Positions 22,355 to 35,364 of a stretch of DNA of 64,000 nt are shown in pieces. Location of the stretch: contig CM059432.1 in NCBI GenBank assembly GCA_030390025.1, positions 66,776,001-66,840,000 of the forward strand. The letters are read 5' to 3'. The notes beneath the pieces were generated by a model. The model ran no database searches. It was not told where the DNA came from and worked only from the letters and a program-made list of their open reading frames with translations. Every line of letters starts with the position of its first letter. Within the stretch, counting starts at the first letter, position 1. The DNA is from Squalus acanthias (taxonomy: Eukaryota). The position numbers and the translations under genes were made by a program.

Positions 22355-25300
22355 ATGAAGTTCGGGACCTGGAACGTCAGGACCCTCATGGATAACCCCA
22401 ACAGCGACAGACCTGAACGTCGCACCACTATCATAGCCCGGGAACTCTCAAGCTTCGACATCGACATCGCCGCCCTGAGCAAGACATGGCGGGCAGGCAA
22501 AGGCCAGCTCAAGGAACAAGGTGGCGGATACACCTTCTTCTGGAAAGGCAAACCAGAAGAGGAACGCCGTCTCCATGGGGTTGGCCATCAAAAATGAGCT
22601 AGTTTGGCGTCTTAGAGATTCCCCTTGTGGGATAAACTAATGCCTCATGACCCTTCGGCTCACTCTAACCCGGAATCAGTACGCTACGGTTGTCAGTGTG
22701 TACGTCCCAACCCTGGAAGCTACGGAAGAGGCCAAAGAGGAATTCTACTCCAGCCTTGAACAATCCCTGTCCCGAGTTCCAACGGGTGACAAGCTGATTC
22801 TCCTTGGCGATTTTAATGCCAGAGTTGGAAAGAACACAAACCTCTGGAGAGGTGTGATTGGCAGGGAAGGAGTAGGGAAAACCAACTCCAATGGAATCCT
22901 TCTCCTGACGAAATGCTTAGAACATGGTCTTGTCATAACCAACACCTTATTTCGTCAGAGAGATAAGTACAAGGCCTCATGGCAACACCCTCGCTCCAGG
23001 CATTGGCATCTGTTGGACTATGTCATCATCCGAGCGAGGGCCCACAAGGATGTTCGCATCACCCGTGCCATGACAGGAGCTGATGACTGCTGGACTGACC
23101 ACCACCTAATCAGTTCCGTTATCTCCATCAACCTAGCCTCAAAATGGCAGCGGCAACAGAAACGCTGCCGCAGAAAGATCAAGGCTGAAAGACTCAAAGA
23201 CCCTGCAAAGAAAGCCCAATTCAGTCAACGCCTCACAGCTAACCTGACGACTCCCAATGAACCGGAGCCGCAGAGTGTCCATAGTGTCTGGTCTGCCCTT
23301 AAGTCCACCATAATTAGCACCTGCGAAGAGACTCTTGGTTACTCTACCAGAAAACATCAAGACTGGTTTGATGAGAACGACCAGGAGACCAAGGAGCTAA
23401 TATATCGTAAACGTAAGGTGTTCTTGAATTAGAAACATCATCACAACTCGAGGGAAAGAAGACAGATTTACAGACAACTGAAGGCCGAGGTTTAACAAAA
23501 AACCCGTGGCCTAAAGAACAGATGGTGGGTGGAAAGAGTGCAGGAGATCCAGCAACTAGCTGATAACCATGACATGCATGGATTCTTTAGCGCAGTCAAG
23601 ACAATCTACGACCCAAGCACCCGAGGACCTATCCCGCTGAGAGCTAAGAACAGTGAGGTGCTCATAAAGGACAGAGATGCAGTCAGTGCTGGCTGGAAGG
23701 AGCACTTCGAAGATCTCCTCAATCAAGACTCTGTCTCGACATGAGTGTCCTTGACTCCATGCCACAGCATGCTATCCGCCACTATCTCAGCACAATCCCA
23801 GCCCGCATGAGGTTGAAAAGGCCCATCCGACAGCTGAAAAACAACAAGGCTTCCGGAGCAGATGAAATCCCTGCTGAAGTATTAAAGCATGGTGGAGAAG
23901 TACTCTTGGTGCGAATCCATGACCTTATCTCCCTTATCTGGAAGAAGGAGTGCATGCCAGGGGATTTCAGAAACACTGTAATCGTGACCATCTTCAAGAA
24001 AGGGGACAAGTCTGATTGCGGTAATTACAGAGGAGTTTCCCTGTTGTCTGCCACAGGGAAAGTCATTGAAAGAATCCTCCTCAATCGTCTCCTCCCAGTG
24101 GCTGAAGAGCTCCTCCCAGAGTCACAATGCGGATTCCGTCCACTAAGAGGCACAATGGACATGATTTTCACTGTGCGACAAATCCAAGAAAAATATATGG
24201 AGCAGCATCAACCTCTGTACATGACCTTTTTTGACCTTACAAAGGCCTTCGACTGTCAACCAAGAGAGATTATGGAGTGTCCTTCTCAAATTTGGCTGTC
24301 CTCAAAAATTCGTTGCCATCCTCCGTCTGCTCCACATGCAAGCCATGATCCTTACTAACGGATCCGTCACAGACCCAATACAAGTGAAGGTCGGGGTCAA
24401 GCAAGGCTGTGTCATTGCACCAACGCTCTTCTCAATCTTTCTCGCTGCAATACTTCATCTCACCCCTAACAAACTTCCCGCTGGAGTGGAGCTAATTTAT
24501 AGGACAAACGGGAAATTGTTCAATCTCCGTCGCCTTCAGTCCAGAACCAAGATTGTCCCAACCTCTGTTACTGAATTACAGTATGCAGACAACGCTTGTG
24601 TTTGTGCACACTCGGAGGCCGAACTCCAAACCATCATTGACTCCTTCACTGAAGCGTATGAGAGACTGGGCCTTACATTAAACATCTGAAAGACAAAGGT
24701 TCTTTACCAACCTGACCCTACCGCACAACACTGCCCCCGACTATCAAAATCCATGACGAGACCTTGAACAGTGTGAACCACTTTCCATACATTGGGAGCC
24801 TTCTGTCAGCGCGGGCGGACATCGATGACAAAATCTAACACCGCCTTCAGTGTGCCAGTGCAGCCTTTGGCCGCCTGAGGAAAAGAGTGTTTGAAGACCA
24901 AGACTTCAAACCCAGCACCAAGCTCATGGTCTACAGAGCAGCAGTGATACCTGCCCTCCTGTATGCTTCAGAGACATGGACAATGTACAGTAGGCACCTC
25001 AAAACACTGGACAAGTATCACCAATGCTGCCTCCGCAAAATCCTGCAAATCCATTGGCAGGATAGGCATAGCAATGTCAGTGTTCCCTCTCAGGCTAACA
25101 TCCCCAGCATTGAGGCATTGATCACGCTCAATCAGCTCCGATGGACGGGCCACATTGTCTGCATGCCTGATACAAGACTCCCGAAACAAGCGCTCTACTC
25201 TGAGCTCCGTCACGGCAAGCGATTTCCAGGAGGGCAGAGAAAACGCTTCATGGACGTCCTGAAAGCCTCCTTGAAAAAATGTAACATCCTCATCGACTCT

Positions 25301-25558
25301 TGGGAATCCCTGACCCAAGACCGCTCAAATTGGAGGAGAAGCATTCAAGAAGGCACCGAACACTTTGAGTTTCTTCATCAGGAACACACGGAGGCCGAGT
25401 ACAAACAGCAGAAGGAGTGTATGACAAACCAAGCACTCCTTCCACTCGTCCCTTCAACCACTACCTGCCCCACCTGTGGCAGAGTCTGTAGATCCCGCAT
25501 AGGGCTCATTCATCACCTTAGAACCCACAATATTGGAGTGGGAGCAAGTCATCCTTGA
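22355..25558 (+). pseudogene. RTE ORF (APE endonuclease + RT + C-terminal C2H2 finger), disrupted
   Basis: Motifs GTWNVRTL, LGDFNARVG, TDH, NYRGVSLL, ESQCGFR, DLTKAFD, GVKQGCVIAP, QYADN, CPTCGRVCRSRIGLIHHLRTH. Multiple stops and frameshifts. Confidence 0.95.
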
Positions 25559-26779
25559 CTCCGGGGGACTGCCTAAGAAGAGGAAGAGTGCCTGGTGATG
25601 TTGGTGTTGGGGCTGATCGTGGAGGGATTCTGAGGACCAAGGTGAGATTTTTTCAAGAGTACCGATGCTGCTGGAATATATGGCAGCTGAAGTTGAGATG
25701 ACAGAAACGATCTGTCAATGGTGAGAGAGCTTGCTCTGAGGAAGTGACAGTGGATAGAGAGTTTACTCCAAACACTTCCAAACTGCATAAAGCTAAAAAG
25801 TGTATTCCAAATCCTGAAGGCTGCAGCTTCTCAGATTGGAAAGTGAACAGCTGTGAAATGATAGTTTTTATACCACTTTTACAGCTGTCAACTATTCAGA
25901 GGAATGGAGAGTCATTGACAGGCCGACCTAATTACCTGACGTGATCCCCGAGCGCCGGAACCTCGTGAAAAAGCTGGTAAAATGGTAAGTACATGGTAAA
26001 ATGGCGTTCAAGTACCTTTTAACAAGCTCTTAAGTATCTGAATTGGCTCACCCGCCGCTTGGTGTCGGGTCTGTAAAGCGCAGACAGACCCGACACTTGG
26101 GAAACTGACATGGAGGCAGGTTGACAGTGGGATCCCAACCTGCAGTCAATCTTTTCGATTTTGACAGCGGACCCGCCTCCAAACCCGCCCTCTGAACGCC
26201 GGCAAAATTCCAGCCTACATGTTTAACTCTTAGTGCCCTCTGAAGTGACCCAGGAAGATGCCAATTGCAAAAATCACAACTTCAGCAATAATAAGAAAAT
26301 TTGACAGACACCACTGTGGGAACCGCAGTGGAGAAGGCCCACCTGGCCAACTAGGGATGGGTAATAAATGCAGCCTTGCCAACATCACCCACTTTCTAAG
26401 AACAAATGAAAAAAAAAGCGTTCCCGAAAAGGCTTCACAAAGAAGGTCGTCACATAGCCTTGCTGCCTCCTGGAGGTTGCCTGAAGACGATTTATACCAC
26501 AGAGAAGACTTTTCCTATAAGCACAAAGGTCACAACTACATTACATTTTTATGCCATTGGATTCTTCAAAGTCACCACTGGTGACAAATCAGTCAGTCGG
26601 GTGTCCGCAGATGTTTCCCAAGTGAGTGACAGAGGCCTTGTTTACAAGGGACCACACGTTCATCACTTTTTCTGTGGAAAGGAGATATCAGCTTGACAGG
26701 TTTACCAAGAGCGCAGGTTCGATATCTTTCAATACTAAGTGGCATACATGATGTAGCTAATTGATTTAAATTGTGAGAA

Positions 26780-28140
26780 GAACAACATGCATTTATAAAG
26801 CAGCTTTAACATAAAAAGTTCCACGGTGCTTCACAAATTGCAATATAAAAGAGAATGGCTGCCAAGCCACAGAGGAGAGATTAAGAAGACAGCACCTCCC
26901 AAACCCGCAACTTCTATGACCTAGAAGCACAAGGGCAGCAGACGCATGGGAACACACCTGCAAGTTCCCCTCCAAGTTACACACCATCCTGACTTGGAAA
27001 TATGTCGCCATTCCTTCATCGTCGCTGTGTCAAAATTCTGGAACTCCCTCCCTAACAGTACTATGAAAGTACCTTCACCACATGGGCTGCAGCGGTTCAA
27101 GAAGGTGACGCACCACCACCTTCTCAAGGGTAATTAAAGATGGACAATAAATGCTGGTCTTGCTAGTGATGCCCACATCCCAGGAATGAATAAAAATAAT
27201 TACCAAAAGCCTGCTGAAAAAGATGGGTTTTGAGTAGGCTTTTAAAGGTGTAAAGATTGGAGAGGTGGGGGGGATTTAGGGATAGATTTCTGGAGAGCAA
27301 GACCAAGGTGGCTGGAAGCTCTGTCATCAATGGTGAAGCAAAATTTGGGGGAGATGCACACAAGACCAGGTACAGGAGAGGATGTAAGACCAGAGGTTAT
27401 AGGGTGGAACAAGGTATTGGAGGGGTAGGACAGGTAGTAAAAGTAGGTTAGCAAGGATGGGGTAATGGGAGAGTGGAACTTTTTGTGGTACGGTATACAG
27501 GCAGCTGCATTTTGGAGAGATTAGAGTTTGTGGAGTGGAGGATGGGAGGCTGGCAAAGTGGACATTGAAATAATCAAGTCTAGAGGTGAGAAAAACATGG
27601 ATAAGTGTTTCATTAGTGGAGCTAGGGTAAAGGTGGCTAATGTTACATAGGTGAAAATAGGCAGTCTTGATTATGGATAGGATGTGGGGTTTGAAATTCA
27701 GCTCAGATTTGAGCAGGATGCCAAAATTTTACACTGTTTCATTCAGCCTGAATGAGTGGTTGGGGATGAGGATGGAATCAGTGGCAAGGGAGCAGAATTT
27801 GTGATGGTGGATGAAAATTATGGCTTTGGTCTTCTTGATGTTAGGTTGGCGGAAATTGTAGGTCTTCCATGGCTTAATGATGGACAGTCTGACAAAGCAG
27901 TCATATGGCCTACTCCTGCTCCTATTTCTTATGTTCTTATAGAATAAAAGTTGTTGTGAGCTCAAGAAAGCTAGAGGAGAGGTATAACTGGATGTCCTTA
28001 GCATATGTGTGGAAGCTTACCCCATGCCTGTGGATGATGTTGACTAGGCGAATGCAGATGAGGGAAAGGAAGAGGCCGAGCGTAGCCTCTGGAAGTGACA
28101 GTGGGGAGCAGGAAGATAAGTCATTGCTGGAAGTCATCCC
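26780..28140 (-). mobile_element. Old L2 remnant, interrupted by CR1 pieces
   Basis: Minus-strand IHRHGVSFHTYAKDIQLYLS (YADD region), FKSLLKTHLF, and an L2-type tail near 26790. Confidence 0.6.
26891..27196 (+). mobile_element. CR1 (family B) 3' end
   Basis: WNSLP...LQRFKK..HHHLLKGN* and its tail. Matches ~44755-45069. Confidence 0.85.
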
Positions 28141-29799
28141 GGTGGTGTCAGAAGGGCAGAAAATGGACTTTAGGGACTCAAACAGAACATTTGAGTTGGG
28201 CATGGAGCTGGAAAGTAGTGATGTGTCCAAGAACCATAGACAGGAAGTGAGGAATTAAGGACTAATTAAGAATTAAGAAGTGAGTTATGACAGCAATTTT
28301 GAAAGGGATCTGTTCTGAAGGAATGGAAACCTTTTACAGCTAGCATGGAAGGACAGAATATTTTCTGTGCTGCTGGGGCTTGCTGAGGTTGGAGAATTCT
28401 TGAATGGAAAACAGCAGACTAGGTTTGAATAGGAAAATATAAGGATAAGTGAATATTCTGGATTTTTCAGGGTAACTTTTGGGGATTAGTGATTATCTAT
28501 TTGGACCTTTATCTCAGGAGGGGTAGGGTGTACATGATCTGGTAGATTACAGAAGGGCAGGGTGGGTTGGCTCAAATCATCAGGCCGCGACTTTTGAATT
28601 TAAAGTAGGCCCCCGCCTGCCTGTAGCGGGAGCCTCAGCTGACTTGAAAGTCGGCGAAGCTGAAATGGCTCTGGGTGAGAACAGAGCAGCCTCAGGCTGG
28701 TAAGCCGATTAAGTCTAATCTTAACCCCTCCCACGCACCATTCTCACTGGGTGAGGGGGTTAAAAATGATGCCATTGTCTTTAGATTAGAGATATGAAGA
28801 TCTATAAAAGTCTCCATAGTTCTCAAACTACACATGTGCCATAAATACAGAATACCAGAAAGCATTATTCATTATTACTATAATTTATTCCATCAAACTG
28901 CATTGTAGTATTCCAGTCTTTTGCATTATTTACATTATTTGCAAAGTTTTACATAAGATGGTAATTCATAATAGCTACGAGATATTATTCCAAAGCATGG
29001 TACATTTTGAGCTTAAATTCTCAATGCGCAGTACATTGTAACAGAGTTTCAGAACTAAAGTATCAAACTGATATTTTTATTATTATTTGTAAGGAATAAT
29101 GTTCATTTTACAGCTCCTAAGGAAGGTGAATTGCATTGCATTCAAGGTCAGTGCAAATAATGAAAACGAGTCTAAGCAAAATTGTAGAGGTACAATACAA
29201 TGACATAAATCATTGTAGAACAATCAGCACATCAGATTGGCCCATTTCAAATTGTGAGAAATCTTCAAATTTAAAATACAATAATCAAACACTGACTACC
29301 AGTAATGCGTAATGATCTCAATCAGCAGCATGAAGACATGTCACTGAAAGGGGGACAAACTCTTGACATTAATTGGGGAAAGTGTAAAGAGAACGAGTCC
29401 TCATCCAGTGAACTTTTGTTGGGGTAACTACCAGACTTTATTTCAGCTGATGTCTGTAAGCTTTGGGAATCACATAGATCTCTTCATTACACAAGGAATA
29501 ATAAAACAATGATTTATACCTTTAGAAGTACCATTCTTACCTTCCTCTCTGATTAGAACACCACTATTTATTTGGCACTTCTGTTAAATTACAGAACTGC
29601 TAATCCTGGAACGTCACTGCCTTGGTCCACTGCTAGCACCCTCTTAGAAGGGAGGACAATAAAATGAGAACCTATAAATGTTACTGCTTCATACCACTGG
29701 GATTTTCTGTATTGTTTATAATATTTCATCAGTGCAGATCATTATATACAAAGTATTTAAATAAATAATTGGTTTATTTGAATTCTATGTGATAATATT

Positions 29800-30547
29800 G
29801 GCCCGGATTTTACGGGGCCTATGATGGACTATGCACAGCGTACGCCGTCGTAAGTGGCCCGCAAGTTCCAAGTTTCCGCATGCGCTGCACATGCGCGAAA
29901 ACCCGGAACTTGCGATCTGTCAAGTTTCTCCTTGACAGATTGCGCGCATCCGCTGTAAATTCACTTTTGCTGGCGCAGAGTTGAGCTATTTGCCCAACTA
30001 CTACCCAGCGAATACCCATCAAACACTTACACCTGGTAAAAGCAGGCGTAAGGCCTTCTTTTACCAGCGTAAGGGTTAAAATAAAAGTTAAAATAATTTT
30101 TTTTAAATGATTTATACATTCACTTACATTTAAAATTAGTTTAGGTTATTTTTGTTCCATTTAAAAATGTTTACATTTACTTTTCAAAAAAATTTATTTT
30201 TATTTTAAATTAATTTTGAACCTGTGATTATTTATTTTTATTTCAGTGTTGTGAAGTTGTATTTATTAGGTGATTCCTATTATGCTTATGGGGATTTCGT
30301 ACATAAATGGAATCCCCATAAGCATAATAGGAATCCCCCTTTATCATTGGTTGGCCTGGCACACGTGATCCCAGGGACGCTTGCGAACCGCTGCACCCCT
30401 CGGATGCGTGGGCCTTTATGCAGACGTACCCCCGCAGGTCCAGGACCGGAACAGTCTGAAGCTCCGGAGGCTGCAGGTAAGTACGGAGTTTTCTTGCGGT
30501 TTAGAGGCATAGGCGGGCGGCAAGCCTCCGACCGCAATTTCCAGGCC
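29800..30547. mobile_element. Harbinger-type MITE with AT-rich core and internal hairpin
   Basis: Ends GGCCCGGATTTTACGG and revcomp GGCCTGGAAATTGCGG. Flanks ATT/AAT. Confidence 0.75.
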
Positions 30548-33053
30548 AATATAAATCAAAGATATGTTTAATTAACACAAAAAGTGGAATGTTCTCACAC
30601 ATATATGAAAATAAAAAGCACTCAGTAATTAAAACAAACAATGCTGTAAACCAAAACAATATCAGCTTTAATTCAGATCCATCTTGGGGAAATTTTCAAG
30701 GCACTTCCTAGGCAAATCGCATTTCCATCTTCAATGATTTGGGTCTGCAAGAAAAAGAAAATCTACAATTTAGAAACTAAAATGCAACAGGTTCCAAACT
30801 ACAGTAAGAATTTATTCACCATTTATATATTTCTAACCGTAGTAAACTGTGCATAGATTTATTGCAACTCTTTTTCTAGCATGTAGCACCAAAACCATAC
30901 AATTTAACAGAGATCTGTGAACACGGTGCTGGTGGGATTTCGGCACCAGTGGTGTGGCCTGTTTTTTCTTTTCAGGGCTGGAATCTCACTGGGGGTGAAA
31001 TTGGACCTCGTAGCGCCCACTGTATTTTGCCAATATTTTCTGTTTTATTTCAGAACTGCTACACTTCCAGATTTTTTTCTTTTTTCCATTCCCTCCTTTT
31101 TTATTTTATTGCCTTTATCCTGATGTTGCCTGTCCCATGTCTTTTCATCATCTTCGATACTTGCCAGATCTTTTGTTCTTTTCATGTCTTTCCATCATCT
31201 CCCCATAGATCTTTCATATTATCCAACAGCTTTCTGGAAAACAGTTTGTAGGTCATTCAACCCATAAACTCCAACTCTGTGACTGGAGTACTGATGATTC
31301 TCTCCCCGCTCCTCCTATCCCTATTATTTTCCAACCTAACTGTTTTGATATGGAACTAAAGTGAGTAAATTGATTTGAGGTACAGATCAGCCATGATTGG
31401 ATTAAATGATGGTGCAGGCTTGAGGGGCAGAATGGCCGACTACCCCTACGTTTTTGTGAGAATAGAGAAGACTGTGTGATTCGATAGAAGTGTTTAAAAT
31501 TGAGAAATTGGATTGGCACTGGGAACCAGCACAGAGTGGGAAACAAGCCTGGAACGCACACCCAAAGATGAAGGCTCAAGACTCGCTGGAAATTGGGCTT
31601 CGGGCCTCATCAACATAATACCAATGAGCTGCGGATGCCAATCAGGCATCGAGATGCAGCTCACTAGTCATGACCTTCGCAAAATCTGCCAGCTCGGATG
31701 CCGAGCCAGCCCACAGGTAAGTCCTGGGGGGCCAGAGACAAACCAGAGCAGGGAGAGATTGGTTGTCAGTTCTTTCAATGACCAGAAATTCTCTCGGTTA
31801 CAAAGATACATTTGACATTTTTCTTAATTTTTAATCATTGATAAGCAGTTTGTAATCCTGTGAATAATCCTATAGAATTGAAATTGCTTTCTGTATTCTT
31901 GTTAAGGTCTACATTTGCTTGCTCAATAAACAGAGCACTGCAGACGGAAATCCTTTTTATTTTAGATCCAGAAGACATTTTAGAGCAGATTTATAACTAC
32001 AAATACAATGGTGTTTTTTCTCAGCATTATTTTTAGGGTGACATTTTCTTTTATCACAGTGATTACCGTAATACATTAACACATTTTCACAAATTGGAAA
32101 ATAATGTTTACATCATTATAGTTATGTGAGAAATCAGTAAGGTAACATCTAACTATGTAAAATCCTGGCCAGAAATTTCCTCAAAGCTGTTCCTGCAAAC
32201 ACCGCTGTAACTTTGCCAGAAGTGGAGTGGAAACCTTGTTTTCTTGCATATACTTCCTGCTACCTGTCAAAAACTAAAGAGACCCAAAGCAAATGTTCCA
32301 TTAGAAATGGGCTAAATAATAGTAAGATATTCTCTGTTAAACATTCATGAATAACTACTTGTATATTCATGGATAGCGTCTTCATAGAATTACATAGAAT
32401 ATATAGCTCAGAAACAAGCCATTCGTCCCAACTGGTTTATGCTCCACACAAGCCTCCTCCCATGCTACTTCATCTAACCCCTTCATTAAACTACACAACA
32501 GGGGGATGTTGTGTGAATGTGTTAAGCGCTCATCTGCTAAAATGGCCAATAATTTCAAACACCAGAAGATAAGGAGGGGGGTAGGCCTGATAATAAAGGA
32601 TGACGTAAGGACAGTAATGAAAAACGATCTTGGCTCAGGAAGTAGAATCCGAATGGGTGGAGATAAAAAATAACAAGGGGCAGAAAATACTGGCAAGAGT
32701 AGTTTATAGCCTCCTAACAGTAGCTATACCATTGGACAGAGGATTAATCAATAATAGGAGCTTGTAACAAAGGTAATGCAATAATCGTGGGGGACTTTAA
32801 TCTTCATATAGATTGGGCAAATCAAATTGGCAAAGATAGTCTGGAGGAGGAGTTCATGGAATGCATTCAAGACAGTTTCCTAGAACAATATGACATGGAA
32901 CCAACCAGGGAACAGACTATTTTGTATTGTAATGAGACAGAGTTAATTAGTAATCTCATAGTAAAGGATCCTCTGGGGAGGAGTGATCATAATATGATAG
33001 AATTTCACATTGAGTTTGAGAGTGAAATACTTAAATACAAAACTAGAGTCTTA

Positions 33054-33814
33054 GGGGTAAAAATTGAGTCGCGCCCCATTTGGGGCGCTAACCTCGCCGG
33101 GGCGCGACTTTTAGCACCCCGAAAAAATTAGCGGCCCCGCGCCGGAACTTCAGTGGTTGCGCCCCAAGAGGGAAGTGGGGCGCAACTGGAAGCAGCCCGC
33201 ATCCCTCTTGGGGCGCTGCGAGTGAATATCCTGGCGCTACGTGCCGCAGCGCCACGTGCTGCGGCACGTCGCGCCGTGGTATTGCAGGCCTTCCTCCCCT
33301 TCTTAAAGGGGAGGGACCCTGCGCAGCGCGAACCGGGGTCCAGCTGGGCCCCCAGGGATCGGGAGTGCCGGCAAAAGAGCCCGGCACTCAAGAGAAGTGC
33401 CGGGCTCATGGAGCGCAGCCGGCACTTCACGGTGGGGGGGCTTCACGGGGGCCGGGGGCAGGTGCTGGCAGGCGGCCAGCAACAAAAATGGCCGCCTGCC
33501 ACCTCCGCTTTAAATATCGTCGCCCCGGCCGCACGTACGCCTCCCTGAACCCGTCGGACATAGCGTCTGGCGGTAAATCAGGGGGCGCGACTGAAGATCA
33601 CGGCCGGGGCGCGAGCGGGGTGCTGCGCACGGCGATGACGTCATCGCCGGCGGCGCAGCGCCACAGGACGCTACCGGCTGCCGCCGCCGCTAACCTCCCA
33701 CTAAATTTTTCGGGAGGCGTGGGCGGCGCTGCGCTCGGGCGTTAGCTGCTTTACGCCCCATTAGCGCCCTCTTAAGGCGCTAACGGGAGGCGCAAGCAGC
33801 TGAATTTTTCCCCC
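33054..33814 (-). mobile_element. GC-rich Harbinger MITE, family A-related but with a different interior, in opposite orientation
   Basis: Ends GGGGTAAAAATTGAG and CTGAATTTTTCCCCC, TSD TTA (33051-53, 33815-17). Revcomp of the right end matches the left end of the 9472 element. Confidence 0.92.
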
Positions 33815-35364
33815 TTAAACTTAAATAAAGCCAATTACATAGGTATGAGGGGTGAGTTGGCTAAGGTAGATTGGGAAATTAGATTAAAAGGTATGATGGT
33901 AGATAAGCAGTAGCAAACATTTAAAGAAATATTCTAAAATTCTCACAGAATATACATTCCATTGAGAAATAAAAACTCCACGGGAAAAACTATCCATTCT
34001 TGACCAACTAAAGAAGTTAAGGATAGTCTTAGATTAAAAGAGGCTTATAATGTTGCAAAGAATAGTAGTAAGCCTGAGGATTGGGAGAGCTTTAGAAACC
34101 AGCAAAGGATGACCAAAAAATTGATTAAAAAGGAGAAAATAGAATATGTGAGTAAATTAGCAAGAAATATAAAATGAGATTGTAAGAGCTTCTACAAGTA
34201 TGTAAAAAGGAAGAGAGTAGAGAAAATACACAATGGTCCCTTAGAGGCTGAGAAAGATGAAAATATAATGGGGAATAAGGAAATGCAGAGACTTTAAACA
34301 AATATTTTGTATCTGGCTTCACAGTAGAATACACCAAAAATAGTGGGGAACCAAGGGGCTAATGACAATGAGGGACTTAAAGTAATTAAAATCAGTTGAG
34401 AAAAATACTTGAGAAACTAATGGGACTAAAAGCTGACAAATCTCCTGGACCTGATGACCTATGTCCTAGGGTTCTAAAAGAGGTGGCAAAAGAGATCGTG
34501 GATGCATTGGTTGTGATATTCCAAAATTCCCTAGATTCTAGAACGGTCCCAGCGGATTGGAAGAAAGCAAATGTAAGCCCGCTATTCAAGAAAGGAGGGA
34601 GAGAGAAAACAGGGAACTACAGGCCAGTTAGCCTGACATCAGTCATCGGGAAAATGCTGGAATCCATTATGAAGGAAGTGGTAACAGGGCACTTAGAAAA
34701 TCGTAATATGATTATGCAGAGTCAACATGGTTTTATGAAAGGGAAATTGTGTTTGACAAATTTATTCGTTTTTTGAGGATGACTTAGATGAAAGGACCGA
34801 GTGTAATGTATCCAAGTTTCCTGACAATACAAAGCTAGGTGAGAAAGTAAGCTGTGAGGAGGACACAAAGAGCCTGCAAAGAGATAGACAGGTTAAGTGA
34901 GTGGGCAATAAGGTGGCAGATGGAGTAAAATGTGGGGAAATGTGAGGTTATTCACATTGGGAGGAAGAATAGAAAAACAGAAAACTTTTTAAATGGTGAG
35001 AAATTATTACATGTTGGTGTTCAGAAAGATTTAGGTGTCCTCGTACAGAAAACACAGAGTTAGCATGCAGATACAGCAAGCAATTAGGAAGGCCTTTATT
35101 GCAACGGGGTGGCAGTACAAGAGTAAGGAAGTCTTGCTACAATCATACAGGACTTTGGTGAGACCACACCTGGAGTACTGTGCACAGTTTTGGTCTCCTT
35201 ATCTGAGGAAGCATATACAGTACTTGCCTTAAAGGCAGTGCAACAAAGGTTCACAAGATTGATACCTGAGGTGAGAGGGTTGTCCTATGAGGAGAGATTG
35301 AGTAGATTGGGCCTATACACTCTGGAGTTTAGAAGAATGAGAGATGATCTCATTGAAACATATA

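Larger units (their letters stand above)
16876..25587 (+). mobile_element. RTE-clade LINE, probably full-length with a long 5' region, interrupted by the Harbinger at 17745-22220
   Basis: Candidate TSD GTGCCT (16870-75, 25588-93), 3' tail gactgcctaagaagaggaaga, RTE ORF. Assigning 16876-17720 to the RTE rests on the 6-bp TSD. Confidence 0.75.
15608..26215. mobile_element. Non-autonomous Harbinger derivative hosting the RTE
   Basis: TIRs GGCCGCAATTTCGCC and revcomp GGCTGGAATTTTGCC, flanks TAT/TAC. Myb remnant (LFPSNGRKRP, WRKPFNDLSRS) at ~15900-16110. Confidence 0.75.
15385..26418 (+). mobile_element. Old SINE/CR1-tailed repeat split into ~15385-15607 and 26216-26418 by the nested insertions
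   Basis: Sequence reads through across the insertion (ctccaggtctcacac...atgtttaactcttagtgccctctgaa). The tail gggatgggtaataaatgc...aaaa is shared with the CR1 tails at ~45010 and ~59840. Confidence 0.55.

Noticed and set aside
30660..30760. Possible minus-strand host exon after a strong acceptor (ttttctttttcttgcag)
   Set aside because: Short, stops in all frames, no recognisable peptide or linked upstream exon. It cannot be supported without RNA data.
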